Source: Polyangiaceae bacterium
GTDB taxonomy: Bacteria > Myxococcota_A > Polyangia > Polyangiales > Polyangiaceae
Length of the DNA: 64,000 nt
Reading direction: 5' to 3'
NCBI GenBank assembly: GCA_033763455.1
Contig: JANRKO010000045.1
Span: 64,001-128,000, forward strand
Part shown: positions 1 through 10,216 of the stretch, one piece after another
How the letters are laid out: the number at the start of each line of letters is the position of its first letter
Position numbering within the stretch: the first letter of the stretch is position 1
Made by a program: the position numbers and the translations under genes
Notes under the pieces: model-generated
Seen by the model: only the letters and a program-made list of their open reading frames with translations
What the model was told of the DNA's origin: nothing
The model's database searches: none

Positions 1-438
1 GGTATCAATGCAGAAGCGCTTTTTGGAAGAAGTGCCTACACACTTGGCGCTCCCCTCGCGAAATTTCTCGCAGATCGTTTTCTTGTTGGATTTGTCGAAC
101 CAGCTACGCACGCACTCGTGCTCGACCTCGCTGCAGTAATCCCCCTCCACCAGCTTCATGCCCGCGGGGCAAGCATTGGGATCCTCCTTCGGCTTGGATG
201 CTTTGGGAGCCGCGCCCGGCGTGGCTGCTTCCGCTCTCCGAGCGGGGCCGCGCGCCTTGGCTTTGGGAACCGCCTCGGCTTTGGGACGCCCCGAAGGAGC
301 ATTGGCTCTCGCCGTTTCCTCCGTTCGGGACTTCTGCCCGTTAGCCCTACCGTTCACCTCGGCAGCTTGAGCCCCCGCACATGCTACGGGTAAGAGCAAT
401 AAAAGGCTGGCAATTGCGCGAGGGCTCCACTTAAGCAT
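1..438 (-). CDS. SUMF1/formylglycine-generating-enzyme-like lipoprotein (3' end runs off the window)
   Basis: Not in the ORF track. Hand translation from ATG 438: MLKWSPRAIASLLLLLPVAC (lipobox), later CPAGMKLVEGDYCSEVEHEC...KCVGTSSKKRFCIDT, the typical entry into myxobacterial FGE-sulfatase domains; open to base 1. Confidence 0.65.
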   Translation of the reverse strand, partial: MLKWSPRAIASLLLLLPVACAGAQAAEVNGRANGQKSRTEETARANAPSGRPKAEAVPKAKARGPARRAEAATPGAAPKASKPKEDPNACPAGMKLVEGDYCSEVEHECVRSWFDKSNKKTICEKFREGSAKCVGTSSKKRFCIDT

Positions 439-509
439 GTGGATTAACCTAGCCGAGATCTGGGCCTTGAGTCGACCGAAGTGGAACGGCTAGATTGCGC
501 GCCCCCCTG

Positions 510-1040
510 ATGCCCCCGACGCCCCCTTCCGACACAGCGCACCGCCCGCCCCTCGTCGGAGTGGTGATGGGGTCCAAGAGTGATTGGGAAACGCTCAGCC
601 AAACGTGCGCCACGCTCGAGCGACTGGATATTCCTTTCGAGAAGCGCGTGGTCTCGGCGCACCGTACGCCTGATCTGTTGGTGGAGTACGCCAAGACAGC
701 CGCGGACAGAGGCCTTGAGTTGATCATCGCCGGTGCCGGCGGAGCCGCCCACTTGCCGGGAATGATCGCGGCGCAAACGCACCTGCCAGTTTTCGGAGTT
801 CCTGTGCAGAGCAAAACCTTGAACGGGCTCGATTCGCTGCTCTCCATCGTGCAAATGCCAGCCGGCATCCCAGTGGGCACGCTCGCCATTGGGCGTGCCG
901 GAGCCGTCAATGCGGCACTCCTTTCCGCCGCGGTATTGGCCAATAAGTACCCTGCGGTCTTAGCCAAGCTTCTCGCATATAGGAGCGAGCAAACGGCTGC
1001 CGTGCTCGCCGAGCCAGATCCCAGCACACCCGATCCATGA
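510..1040 (+). CDS. purE: N5-carboxyaminoimidazole ribonucleotide mutase
   Basis: [44 protein letters not shown] signatures; ATG 510 preferred over TTG 495. Confidence 0.97.
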   Translation: MPPTPPSDTAHRPPLVGVVMGSKSDWETLSQTCATLERLDIPFEKRVVSAHRTPDLLVEYAKTAADRGLELIIAGAGGAAHLPGMIAAQTHLPVFGVPVQSKTLNGLDSLLSIVQMPAGIPVGTLAIGRAGAVNAALLSAAVLANKYPAVLAKLLAYRSEQTAAVLAEPDPSTPDP

Positions 1041-2152
1041 GCCAGCAGCTAACGATCGGGATCCTAGGCGGCGGGCAACTTGGCCGCATGCTCGCCCTCG
1101 CGGGCGTGCCGCTCGGCCTGCGGTTCATCTGTGTAGATCCAGCGTCCAATGTGCCGGCCGCGATGGCTGCTCACCATGTGCAGGCTGAGTACGATTCGGT
1201 GGAGTCCATGGAAGCCCTGAGCCAAGCCGATGTGGTAACGTACGAGTTCGAAAACGTGCCAGCGCACGCTGCAGCCGAGCTTTTGCGCCGAAATGTGGCT
1301 GTTGCGCCCGATCCGCAAGCGCTCGTCGTGGCGCAAGATCGTTGGCTCGAAAAGCAGTGTTTTCAGCAATTGGGGATCCGAACGGTGGGCTACGTGCGCA
1401 TCGATTCAGCTACTGATCTTGCTTCTGCGCTCGCAGAACTCGGGGCCCCCTACGTCCTCAAAACACGGCGTTCCGGCTACGACGGCAAGGGCCAGCGTGT
1501 AGTAAGCTCGCTGGCTGAAGCCGAGCTCGCTTACGCCGAGTTGGGCGGAGTGCCCATGATCGCTGAAGAGTTCATACGTTTCTCACGTGAGCTCAGCATC
1601 TTGGCGGTACAGGGCCGAAACGGACAGCGCGCGTTTTACCCGCTCGTTCAGAACGAGCATCGGCACGGGATCTTGCGCACCACGCTAAGCCCCGCCCCCA
1701 ACTGCAGCGCTTCTCTGCAATCCCAAGCCGAAGGCTACGCCACGTCTCTGCTTTCGCATCTAAAGTACAGCGGGGTGCTAGCTCTCGAACTCTTTGACAA
1801 AGATGGCACCCTCTACGCCAACGAGTTTGCCCCACGCGTGCACAACTCGGGTCACTTTAGCATTGAGGGCTCCGTAACGAGCCAATTCGAGAATCACCTG
1901 CGTGCCATCTTGGGTCTGCCGCTTGGCGATACTGCTCCCCGATCGGTGAGCGCCATGTTGAACTTGATTGGAGATGTTTGCAAAGCAAGTGATGTCCTCG
2001 GGGTGCCCGACGCCCACCTGCATACTTACGGAAAATCCGCCAGAAAAGCCCGCAAGGTAGGGCACATAACCGTATTGGCGCCGGATCCGGCGAGCCTTTC
2101 GACCCGCGTGGTTGCACTTCAGCGTTGGGTCGATCTCGCCACGGATGGCTAA
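1037..2152 (+). CDS. purK: N5-carboxyaminoimidazole ribonucleotide synthase
   Basis: [43 protein letters not shown] overlap with purE. Confidence 0.97.
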   Translation: MSQQLTIGILGGGQLGRMLALAGVPLGLRFICVDPASNVPAAMAAHHVQAEYDSVESMEALSQADVVTYEFENVPAHAAAELLRRNVAVAPDPQALVVAQDRWLEKQCFQQLGIRTVGYVRIDSATDLASALAELGAPYVLKTRRSGYDGKGQRVVSSLAEAELAYAELGGVPMIAEEFIRFSRELSILAVQGRNGQRAFYPLVQNEHRHGILRTTLSPAPNCSASLQSQAEGYATSLLSHLKYSGVLALELFDKDGTLYANEFAPRVHNSGHFSIEGSVTSQFENHLRAILGLPLGDTAPRSVSAMLNLIGDVCKASDVLGVPDAHLHTYGKSARKARKVGHITVLAPDPASLSTRVVALQRWVDLATDG

Positions 2153-2168
2153 CTCCCTCTAGCCGTAC

Positions 2169-2834
2169 TCAATCTGCGACGAGTTGCGCGGCATCCACCA
2201 ACAGTTGCTGCATGGATTCCTTGTCGCTGGTGCGATAGTAGCCACGGATCTTGGCTTTGCCGTCCACGAGCACCAGATGCGAGCCGTGCAAAATACCGAG
2301 GTGCTCTTTCTTCGCGTCCGCTTTCCCTTCTAGTGCAAGCTTGAATCCCTCCACTGAAGTGCGCCGAATCACCGAATAATCTCCGGTAACGAAGGACCAG
2401 CTTGAAAAATCGGCACCGTACTTCTCTCCGTATTTTCGCAACACTGCCGGCGTATCATTTTCGGGATCCACGCTGATGCTTACAAAGTGCACTGGCAGCT
2501 TTCGAGCTTGAGTCACTAACTGTAGCTCGTGCATCTGCTTGGTGATGCGCGGACAAATGCTTGGGCAACGTGTGAACATGAAGGCCGCCACCCAAACCCG
2601 CCCGCGAAGTTTGCCGGGTGAAAAATCGCGACCCTCCTGATCTTGCAGGTGAAACTCAACAATGTCTCCGAGTGTGGGCAAAGCTGGCGCCCGACGGCAC
2701 GCGCCGAGCACCATCCCCATGCACGCGCACAGACCAAGTAGGAACAGCCGCCGGGACGCAAGGCGACGGCGTGCGACGGAAGGCTCGGCGTACGACGGCG
2801 AATGAAAGGGTGGCATCGGCTTTCGCATCGGCAT
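2169..2834 (-). CDS. SCO1/SenC family copper chaperone lipoprotein
   Basis: FTRCPSICP (CxxxC), SISVDPENDTP, conserved His (LHGS), lipobox LGAC; start uncertain (2834 or 2816). Confidence 0.9.
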   Translation of the reverse strand: MPMRKPMPPFHSPSYAEPSVARRRLASRRLFLLGLCACMGMVLGACRRAPALPTLGDIVEFHLQDQEGRDFSPGKLRGRVWVAAFMFTRCPSICPRITKQMHELQLVTQARKLPVHFVSISVDPENDTPAVLRKYGEKYGADFSSWSFVTGDYSVIRRTSVEGFKLALEGKADAKKEHLGILHGSHLVLVDGKAKIRGYYRTSDKESMQQLLVDAAQLVAD

Positions 2835-3162
2835 CGGCGATGCTCTAACCTCGCTTCGCCTAGATGAGTAGATCCTGGGCTTGCTGAACCGCACCTCAAC
2901 GTGTAGGTTTCTTCCCCACACGAGCAAATTCTGCGTGAACGACAGCGGGAAAGCCGAACTACGAATAGGTTTGTGCGCCACGTGTGCGCACGCGCGAAGC
3001 ATTACAAGCGCCCGGAAGAGCGAATTTTGGCTCTGCACACGCTCCCAGACGGATCCACGCTTCCCGAAGTATCCCGCTCTGCCCGTCCGTCGCTGCCCCG
3101 GGCACGAACCGCTTGGGCCTAAGCGTTAGCCGGATACTCTATTTCTGACGCCAAGGCTATAC

Positions 3163-5574
3163 CTAGCCCGCGTCGGTACCGGCGGTGCCGGGTTCGCTCT
3201 CATCTAGGATCTGACGGATCTTCTTCGAAAGGCTCGAAGGTGTGTAGGGCTTGGGCAAAAAATGCTGTCGCGAGCCCAGGTGGGTTGGAAGCGTGATCTC
3301 CGAATACCCTGAGGTAAACAACACCCGCGCATTCGGGTGAAGCAGCAACAGCTCCTCGGCAATTTCCGAGCCCGGACGATCCGGCAAGACCATGTCCGTC
3401 AGCATCAAATGTACCGGCCCCTGGTGGGCCGCCAGTGCGGCCATAGCCTCGGCAGCCGTTTCGGCGGAGAGAGTTGTGTACCCGAGGCCGGAAAGCACGC
3501 GCGTACAAAGCTTGCGAATCAGCCCCATATCCTCGACCACCAGTATCGTTTCCGTGCCGGTGAGCCCTGCTGGTTGCTCGGAAGGGCGAAGCGAACCTGT
3601 GGCAGGCAAATGCGTGCGCGGCAGGTTTACGTGAAACACGGAGCCTCGCCCAAGCTCGGACTCAACCTCAATGAAGCCTCCCGCTTGTTTGGCGACACTG
3701 TCGCACGTCGCAAGACCCAACCCCGTGCCCTTTCCGCTGGCTTTGGTTGTGAAAAATGGGTCAAACAAGTGACGCCGCACTTCTTCCGTCATACCACTTC
3801 CGGTATCAGCCACGCTCAACCGTACCCATTCCTCGGAACCGCTCGGCCCGAGGCGAGTGGTGTTGCTAATGCTAATCGTCAGGGTACCGCCGCGTTCCAT
3901 GGCATCCCGCGCGTTGAGCACTAGATTCATCACTAGCTGCTCAAGCTGAGATGGATCAATGCGAACCGACCAAACAGGCTCGGCTAAGTTCAGAATCACG
4001 CGGATATTCTCCCCTAAAAGCGGCTCAAACAGGCGCACTAAGCTCTGGATCTCCGCGCGAGGTTCAACGGCCCGGGGCGCGAGCACCTGGCGGCGCGCAA
4101 AAGCGAGAAGCTGGTGCGTCATGCGTGAGGCGCGTTCAGAGGCCTGACGAATGGTGCCCAGGGTATCTAGAAGTGGGCTTTCTGCGCCAACCCCGCGCCC
4201 GGCGAGCTCCACCTGGCCTAAAATGACCGTGAGCACATTGTTGAAATCATGCGCGATGCCGCCGGCAAGCCTGCCAAGGGCTTCAAGGCGCTCAGCGCGC
4301 CCCATCTTCTCTTCAAGCTCCTTGCGCTCAGTAACATCGAGCGTGGCTCCGGTAAAGCCCACTACTTCACCTGCGGCGTTGCGCTGCGCTTCACCGGTCG
4401 TCTGAACGTAACGGAGCGCGCCGTCGTTCAAGCGGCGAATGCGATAATCGTGCAGTACAACTTTACCGCTAACAAAGCCCTGCGCTCCAGCCTCTGCCAC
4501 ACGTGCTCTATCCTCCTCAACAATCAGAGAATCGACGAGCTCGCGAGTAACGGTAAGGCCTGCATCAATGCCGAAAATCCGCTTTAGTTCATCGGACCAC
4601 TCAATCCGATCGGTGCTCTTCTCCCACTGCCAACTACCTACGTGAGCAATGCGCTCCGCTTCTGCCAATAGCCGCGCACGTTGCATCACGGACGCTTCGG
4701 CACGCTTCGCCTCGGTCACGTCACGCGTGAGAATACACACGAGCTCCACTCGCCCGGCCTTTTTGTAAGCCCCCACAGCGCTACCAAACCACTTATCGAG
4801 CGCCGGCACATAACACTCGTAATACGATGGCTCACCCGTCGCGAATACTGAGGCCACCGACTTTCTGACGGCTTCTTGTGAAGCGACATCTATATAGTCG
4901 TAGATCGAGGCTCGCCCAATAAGATCTTCTGCCCGCACCCCCTCCGCAGTGCGGTTCACCCACTGATAGACTCCGGCCTCATCCACCAGCACCACGAAAT
5001 CAAAAGGTGTCTCGGCAATAGCTCGCCAGCGTGCTTCGCTTTCGGCAAGCTCCTCCGTCCGCTTCGCGAGCTCCTGCTCCATCACACGGCGCTCCGTAAC
5101 GTCGAGCACGGTGCCCACCAAGCGTGTGACGTTGCCTTCGCTATCGCGAACGGCGCGCCCACGCAGCAGCACGTGCCGTTCACCTCGCCGTGGTAAGCGC
5201 AACCTCAAGGCCACGCTTTGCGGATCAGCGCCGAGCTTCGTGCGTTCGATCAGGAGCGTTACCAGCGCTTGATCGTCCGGATGAACGCGGGCAATCAACG
5301 CCTCGGTGGATGGCAGCGCAAAGGCGGGATCGTAGTCGAGGATGCTGAGAAGATTCTCGGACCAGGTCACCTGCCCGGTGCTGACATTTGCGGACCAGCT
5401 GCCGAGCTGGGCCATGCGCTCGGCTTCCTCGAGCAACTCCTCCCGCTCGCCAACACCGAGGCCAAGTGCGGGCTTCAAGCGCTGCCCTGAATGGAGATCT
5501 TCCCGGAAGACTTGCTCCTGCACGTAGTGCTCCCCCGGGATAGACGGTTCCTCATGCCCCATTGAGCCGATCAT
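3163..5574 (-). CDS. PAS-domain hybrid sensor histidine kinase with receiver
   Basis: Three PAS/PAC-like units, GGIAHDFNN H-box, NARDAM N-box, FDPFFTTK..GTGLGL, C-terminal receiver (VVED, LTDMVLP, LPKPY). Confidence 0.95.
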   Translation of the reverse strand: MIGSMGHEEPSIPGEHYVQEQVFREDLHSGQRLKPALGLGVGEREELLEEAERMAQLGSWSANVSTGQVTWSENLLSILDYDPAFALPSTEALIARVHPDDQALVTLLIERTKLGADPQSVALRLRLPRRGERHVLLRGRAVRDSEGNVTRLVGTVLDVTERRVMEQELAKRTEELAESEARWRAIAETPFDFVVLVDEAGVYQWVNRTAEGVRAEDLIGRASIYDYIDVASQEAVRKSVASVFATGEPSYYECYVPALDKWFGSAVGAYKKAGRVELVCILTRDVTEAKRAEASVMQRARLLAEAERIAHVGSWQWEKSTDRIEWSDELKRIFGIDAGLTVTRELVDSLIVEEDRARVAEAGAQGFVSGKVVLHDYRIRRLNDGALRYVQTTGEAQRNAAGEVVGFTGATLDVTERKELEEKMGRAERLEALGRLAGGIAHDFNNVLTVILGQVELAGRGVGAESPLLDTLGTIRQASERASRMTHQLLAFARRQVLAPRAVEPRAEIQSLVRLFEPLLGENIRVILNLAEPVWSVRIDPSQLEQLVMNLVLNARDAMERGGTLTISISNTTRLGPSGSEEWVRLSVADTGSGMTEEVRRHLFDPFFTTKASGKGTGLGLATCDSVAKQAGGFIEVESELGRGSVFHVNLPRTHLPATGSLRPSEQPAGLTGTETILVVEDMGLIRKLCTRVLSGLGYTTLSAETAAEAMAALAAHQGPVHLMLTDMVLPDRPGSEIAEELLLLHPNARVLFTSGYSEITLPTHLGSRQHFLPKPYTPSSLSKKIRQILDESEPGTAGTDAG

Positions 5575-5674
5575 AGGCCGAAGTGGTGTAAGCCGCAGAG
5601 CGAAATGTTACCTAACGGTGTCTTAGGCAAGAAGCCTGGAGCCCCTGACACCCTCAAGGGCCGTGCTCAGTTGT

Positions 5675-6679
5675 TCAGCGTGCCAAGCCGCGAATCGCGG
5701 TTCTCACCGCTTCCAGCTGGGTGTCCCGCGCTTGTAAGGCCTGGAGACTACTGGCTTCTCCAGGCGACGCCAGGTTCTTCCAAACCGCCATCAGGGGGCC
5801 AACCGACAATCTTGTTGGACCAGGGAGCCCGACGTTGGCCTGCTCCTGCACTGCCAGGAGCGCAGCCTCAAAACCTTTGCGAGCTTCGACGCCGAAAGCC
5901 AACACCGGCCCAAGCGCCTGGGCCTCTTCCCCGCTCCGCCCCGCATCCATGCTTGGATAGACGACCTTCTCGTAGGCTTCGAGTGCGGTGCGCCACTTCT
6001 CAAGAACCGGCATGAGTTGCTCAGCTCGCTCCGGGAAGCGGGGCAGCGCCTGCACGTACCGCGAGTACTGCGACCACTCACGGGTTATCGCCCCAAATGT
6101 GGCACCACACACCGGCGGCTTCTTTTCGTCCCACGTACAAACAGGCGGAACGCTCCGCACACAAGCGGTGCGATACGCGCGCGCCACCTCAGGGAACAGC
6201 TCGGCGTGTTCAGCTTCTTTCCCTTCTACACTACAGCGTTCAATGCGGCAGCCGGCCGTGATGGCCTCGGTCGCGTCCTTACACAGGGCTTGCTTGTGCG
6301 GAGAGGAGGTCGCGTGCGGCACGCCGTAAACGCTCAGGAGCGTTGCACCATAGAAGAGCTCCGCCGCCGCGGGGTGCCCGTTCCTATACGCCTGCCGAGC
6401 CAACGAAAACGCACCATGGCTAGCATCCGTGTGCCACTTTCGCTCCGCCTCCGCCTGTGATTCCCAACGAGAGAGAGATTTCAGCCCGTCTTTCAAACAC
6501 AAGAGTGACGTAATTTCGGCGCCCAGCGGCACCTCCACGTAACACGCCTTCATGCCCGGCTTTTCCGGAAGGTGCGAAAGCATAGGCACATCCGCCAGCG
6601 CCCCGGTTGCCAGCGCGAGCACGCCCGAAGCCAAAAGCCAGACAGAACTCCGCGCACCTACGCCTTTAGTGCTGCGCAT
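5675..6679 (-). CDS. Hypothetical secreted Cys-containing protein
   Basis: 334-aa ORF with signal peptide (ending ALA-D), overlapping the upstream ORF. Confidence 0.6.
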   Translation of the reverse strand: MRSTKGVGARSSVWLLASGVLALATGALADVPMLSHLPEKPGMKACYVEVPLGAEITSLLCLKDGLKSLSRWESQAEAERKWHTDASHGAFSLARQAYRNGHPAAAELFYGATLLSVYGVPHATSSPHKQALCKDATEAITAGCRIERCSVEGKEAEHAELFPEVARAYRTACVRSVPPVCTWDEKKPPVCGATFGAITREWSQYSRYVQALPRFPERAEQLMPVLEKWRTALEAYEKVVYPSMDAGRSGEEAQALGPVLAFGVEARKGFEAALLAVQEQANVGLPGPTRLSVGPLMAVWKNLASPGEASSLQALQARDTQLEAVRTAIRGLAR

Positions 6680-7136
6680 AATTCACACCTCCGCGAGTAA
6701 ACAATTCGGTAGCCACCGAGCGCTGGCGCTCCAACTTTGCCTCCGCGTTGTAGGCTTTCAGTTCAAGCCTCGCCTCGGCGAGTTGAGTTTTGGAAAAACC
6801 GGCGAGCTTCTGCGCTTCAGCTCGCTCAACGTAGACAAAGGCGGCCCCTGCCAAGCTCAGGATGCTAACAAGACCTAGAGCAACTATCGCACCAAGAGCG
6901 GCCTTTGGCATCTTCAACTTCACCACGCAAACCATACCGGGCGGGGGCTCATCCTCACCGCCGGTCCAGCGGATCGTGGGAGAACCTACTGTGTGCTCCC
7001 ACAGGTGAGCTAGAAGGGGTTCGCCATCCTGCTCAAGGGCCTCAACTCGCGCGTGGGCGGCCGAGAGCAAATCGACGTTCCAACTGCGGGCCTTGGCGTC
7101 AAACGAGCCTAACGCTACGCGATAATTCTGTGACAC
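6666..7136 (-). CDS. Hypothetical single-TM membrane protein
   Basis: One hydrophobic helix followed by a coiled-coil-like tail; same strand and tightly packed with neighbours. Confidence 0.55.
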   Translation of the reverse strand: MSQNYRVALGSFDAKARSWNVDLLSAAHARVEALEQDGEPLLAHLWEHTVGSPTIRWTGGEDEPPPGMVCVVKLKMPKAALGAIVALGLVSILSLAGAAFVYVERAEAQKLAGFSKTQLAEARLELKAYNAEAKLERQRSVATELFTRGGVNYAQH

Positions 7137-7145
7137 GGCCGGAGC

Positions 7146-8207
7146 CTAGCCGAGGCTGTCCGCTGCGGTCCAGGAGCTGCTCGCGCTTGCCCCGAACAAC
7201 GTTCGAAGCTTAGCCACATCATCCGGTTCGCCCATCACGATGAGGCTTGCGCCAGCCGCCACCTCGGCATCGGGCCCCGGGTTATAAACGTAGTTATCAC
7301 CCGGCAGGTGGAGCGCAATTACGAGAAGTTTCGTCTCTTGCCGGATCGGGATCTCGCGCAACACCTTGTTCGCGTATTCGGAACTCGCAGGCACCACCAC
7401 TTCATCGAACCGCAGATTTTTCGTGACTCGCAACATGCGATCCAAGAACTCTGTGACCCGTGGCCGTACCAGTTGACTCACCAAACGGAGGCCGCCAATG
7501 CGATGTGGACTCACCACAGAGTCCGCCCCTGCACGGAAGATCTTCGGTTCGTTCTCGATTTCAACCACCTTAGAGACGATCCGTGCGCCCGGGTTGAGGG
7601 CTCGCGCCGAAAGCGTGATGAACAGGTTGTCGGGATCGCTTGGCAAGGCAGCGATCACTCCGCTAGCGCGCTCAACGCCTGCGGCCAAAAGTACATGATC
7701 GTCCGTGGCATCGCCCACCACGCACAAAAGCTCTTGCCCGACCTCACCCGCTAGGTGCAAAAGCTTAGCTTCGTCTTGATCCACCACGACGAAAGGCAGG
7801 CGCGTGGCTACCAGTTCTTCAACCACATAGCGCCCCGTACGCCCGCAGCCAGCAACCACAAAATGCCCAGAAAGCGCGGATATTTTCTTCTTCATAAAGC
7901 GACTCCGAAACGCTTTGCCTATGTAGCCTTCAATCAAGAGGGTCGTCAGCGTGGATTGAAAAAAGGCAATGGTAGCCAGCCCGCACACAATCATGACCAC
8001 CGTGATGAGGCGCGCCACCGGCAACCGTTCCATCTGCGGCAACTCTGAGTACCCTACCGAGGCAACCGTAATGACGGCAAAGTAGGCAGTCTCAAAAAAG
8101 CTGTAATTTCCGCCGCCCAACCAAAACAGCGCCGCCGCCCCCAGGCCTATCACCAGGAACAGCAAGAAGAGCGCAATGGCAACGTGGCGAACGTGAACTT
8201 TGAGCAT
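7146..8207 (-). CDS. Potassium channel family protein (2-TM channel + TrkA-N/TrkA-C RCK domains)
   Basis: YFAVITVASVGYSE filter-like segment, VAGCGRTG Rossmann motif, GDATD, GADSVVSP, C-terminal RCK-C. Confidence 0.9.
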   Translation of the reverse strand: MLKVHVRHVAIALFLLFLVIGLGAAALFWLGGGNYSFFETAYFAVITVASVGYSELPQMERLPVARLITVVMIVCGLATIAFFQSTLTTLLIEGYIGKAFRSRFMKKKISALSGHFVVAGCGRTGRYVVEELVATRLPFVVVDQDEAKLLHLAGEVGQELLCVVGDATDDHVLLAAGVERASGVIAALPSDPDNLFITLSARALNPGARIVSKVVEIENEPKIFRAGADSVVSPHRIGGLRLVSQLVRPRVTEFLDRMLRVTKNLRFDEVVVPASSEYANKVLREIPIRQETKLLVIALHLPGDNYVYNPGPDAEVAAGASLIVMGEPDDVAKLRTLFGASASSSWTAADSLG

Positions 8208-8231
8208 CAGCTGCTAGGCAAGCACGATAGC

Positions 8232-9140
8232 CTAGCCCAGCAGGTTTCCTAGCGCCGCGGCGAGATCGGGATATTTCCACTTGAACCCGCGCTCAGAAAG
8301 GCGCGTTGGAAGCACCGGGCGACCGCCCAGTAACGGAGCCGCCCCTTCCCCGAGCACCAACTTCAACGCAAAGCCGGGCGCCTTGAGCAAGGTGGGCCGA
8401 TCGAGCACCCGCCCCAGCTCACGGGTGAGCTCGCGATTTTTCACCGGCGCGGGAGCCGTCACATTGAACGCACCAAACGCATCCGTAGCGAACAACAGGT
8501 GCTCTATGGTCCCCACCACATCGGCAATATGGATCCAAGAAAAATACTGCTCCCCCGACCCCACTTCCCCTCCAACAAACATTTGGAACGGCCGCACCAA
8601 CGCCGGAAGCGCCCCGCCACCCGTTCCCAAGATAACACCAAAGCGCATAAGGCCCACGCGCACCCCGCATGCCTCTGCCGCTTTTGCACGCGCTTCCCAC
8701 TCCACGCAAACGCTAGCTAGAAAATCATTCCCCGGAGCGGAACTCTCCGTACACGGCTCCTCTCCAAGCTCGCTCCCGTAGTAGCCAACGGCCGAAGCAC
8801 TGAGGAACACTTGGGGCTTCACTTTCGCCTGGGCGATGGCTTGCACCAAATGTTCTGTCCCCCGTACTCGGCTATCGCGAATACGCGCCTTGTTCACCTC
8901 GGTGTAACGCACGCCAACGGCTCGCTCACCTGCCAGGCTAACTACGGCGTCCTGCCCGTCCACGTGCCGGAACCACTCCCCCGCTGCCAGCGGATCATAC
9001 GCGTAAATGTGGGCCGCACCCTTGGGCAAGCGCGTGGCCGAGCGACTTAGCACCGTGACTTCATGCCCCAGTGTGCCAAGTTGCTCCACCAACGCCCTCC
9101 CCAGAAAACCAGTACCTCCACTCACCAAGATCTTAGACAT
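8232..9140 (-). CDS. TIGR01777 family NAD(P)-dependent epimerase-like protein
   Basis: ILVSGGTGFLG, SASAVGYYG, FLASVCVEWE, SWIHIAD. Confidence 0.92.
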   Translation of the reverse strand: MSKILVSGGTGFLGRALVEQLGTLGHEVTVLSRSATRLPKGAAHIYAYDPLAAGEWFRHVDGQDAVVSLAGERAVGVRYTEVNKARIRDSRVRGTEHLVQAIAQAKVKPQVFLSASAVGYYGSELGEEPCTESSAPGNDFLASVCVEWEARAKAAEACGVRVGLMRFGVILGTGGGALPALVRPFQMFVGGEVGSGEQYFSWIHIADVVGTIEHLLFATDAFGAFNVTAPAPVKNRELTRELGRVLDRPTLLKAPGFALKLVLGEGAAPLLGGRPVLPTRLSERGFKWKYPDLAAALGNLLG

Positions 9141-9238
9141 TTTGAGCTGCACCCGTGATTGACCTATAGTCCCCACCTCGGCTCACGCCAGCGGCAAGCC
9201 TTGCATTATCGTCCGCGTCCCTTGGAGAATCTTGAAAA

Positions 9239-9877
9239 ATGACTCGCCTCCCCTTCCTCTTCGCGCTCACGGCCTCGGCCGCACTCACTATCGGTTGCGG
9301 TGCCAAGCTCGCCGCGCCCTTCAATCACGTGAAGGAAAGCAACGTTACGGCCTTCCGCCTGCAGAATTATGAGCCGCCGCCCGCCGCCGCCGCTCCCTCT
9401 TCGGCAACTGCAGCTCCCGGGCAAGTGCCGGGCCTGCCTCCCCAACTCCAACAATGGATCAGCCAAGCCGCGCAAACCCTGCCGCAATTGATTCCGCCGG
9501 GGCTTCTCCCCCCAGGCATGTTGCCCCAAGCCAACCAAGCGCCCCTTCCCCCCGCCGTGGACACCACTCCACGCTTCCACACCTTCCGCATCTTGAACCA
9601 AACTCAGGTTATCGATTCGAGCCTCAAAGATGAGCTCGCCGAAATTCTGGGCAATCCCGATAATTTTCAGGCCGAGCACGCAAGCTGCGCCTACGCGGAA
9701 GTGGGCCTTTCCTTCTCTTCTAACAGCGGCGCCTCCAGCGATCTCTTGATTTCGTTCTCCTGCAACCACGTGATGCCGCAAACATTCACCTGGCCGCACC
9801 CCAACACCGGCTTGAAACCTGAGACGGTGCAAAAGTTGTCCAAAGTAGTGAATAAGCTCTGGCCGCCAGGAATGTGA
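9239..9877 (+). CDS. Hypothetical Pro-rich lipoprotein
   Basis: Lipobox TIGC, Pro/Gln-rich insert, paired Cys. Confidence 0.75.
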   Translation: MTRLPFLFALTASAALTIGCGAKLAAPFNHVKESNVTAFRLQNYEPPPAAAAPSSATAAPGQVPGLPPQLQQWISQAAQTLPQLIPPGLLPPGMLPQANQAPLPPAVDTTPRFHTFRILNQTQVIDSSLKDELAEILGNPDNFQAEHASCAYAEVGLSFSSNSGASSDLLISFSCNHVMPQTFTWPHPNTGLKPETVQKLSKVVNKLWPPGM

Positions 9878-9880
9878 GCG

Positions 9881-10171
9881 ATGGATCTTGAGGCCTTCAA
9901 GCGTTCGCTCAAGGGGCCACCGCCTAAGGATCTCGATAGGCGGCTGCTAGCGCTTTGGCACGAAGCTCACGGAGATTGGGAGGCCGCGCACGAGATTGCG
10001 CAAAGCCTCCCGGATGCCGAAGGCGCCTGGGTGCACGCCTACCTGCATCGCCGCGAGGGCGATAACTCCAACGCCGGCTATTGGTACGCGCACGCCGGAA
10101 AATCTTTCTGCCGCACCTCGCTCGAAGCCGAATGGGAAAAGCTCGTGCGGATTTATTTGGGGGATGGGTAG
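9881..10171 (+). CDS. Conserved hypothetical small helical protein
   Basis: GDWEAAHEIAQ...AWVHAYLHRREGDNSNAGYWY, a widespread conserved motif. Confidence 0.85.
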   Translation: MDLEAFKRSLKGPPPKDLDRRLLALWHEAHGDWEAAHEIAQSLPDAEGAWVHAYLHRREGDNSNAGYWYAHAGKSFCRTSLEAEWEKLVRIYLGDG

Positions 10172-10216
10172 AGGCAACGGCTTGGGTAGGCTCGGGTACC
10201 GGGAGAGGAAACGCCG

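Noticed and set aside
118..1027. Many overlapping or antisense ORFs here and across the window (e.g. 449-1027, 3337-3924, 54089-54781)
   Set aside because: Shadow frames of well-supported genes in GC-rich DNA, with no motifs.
2169..2834. SCO chaperone as copper supplier for the island monooxygenase
   Set aside because: Outside the island, among housekeeping genes; nothing in the sequence links them.
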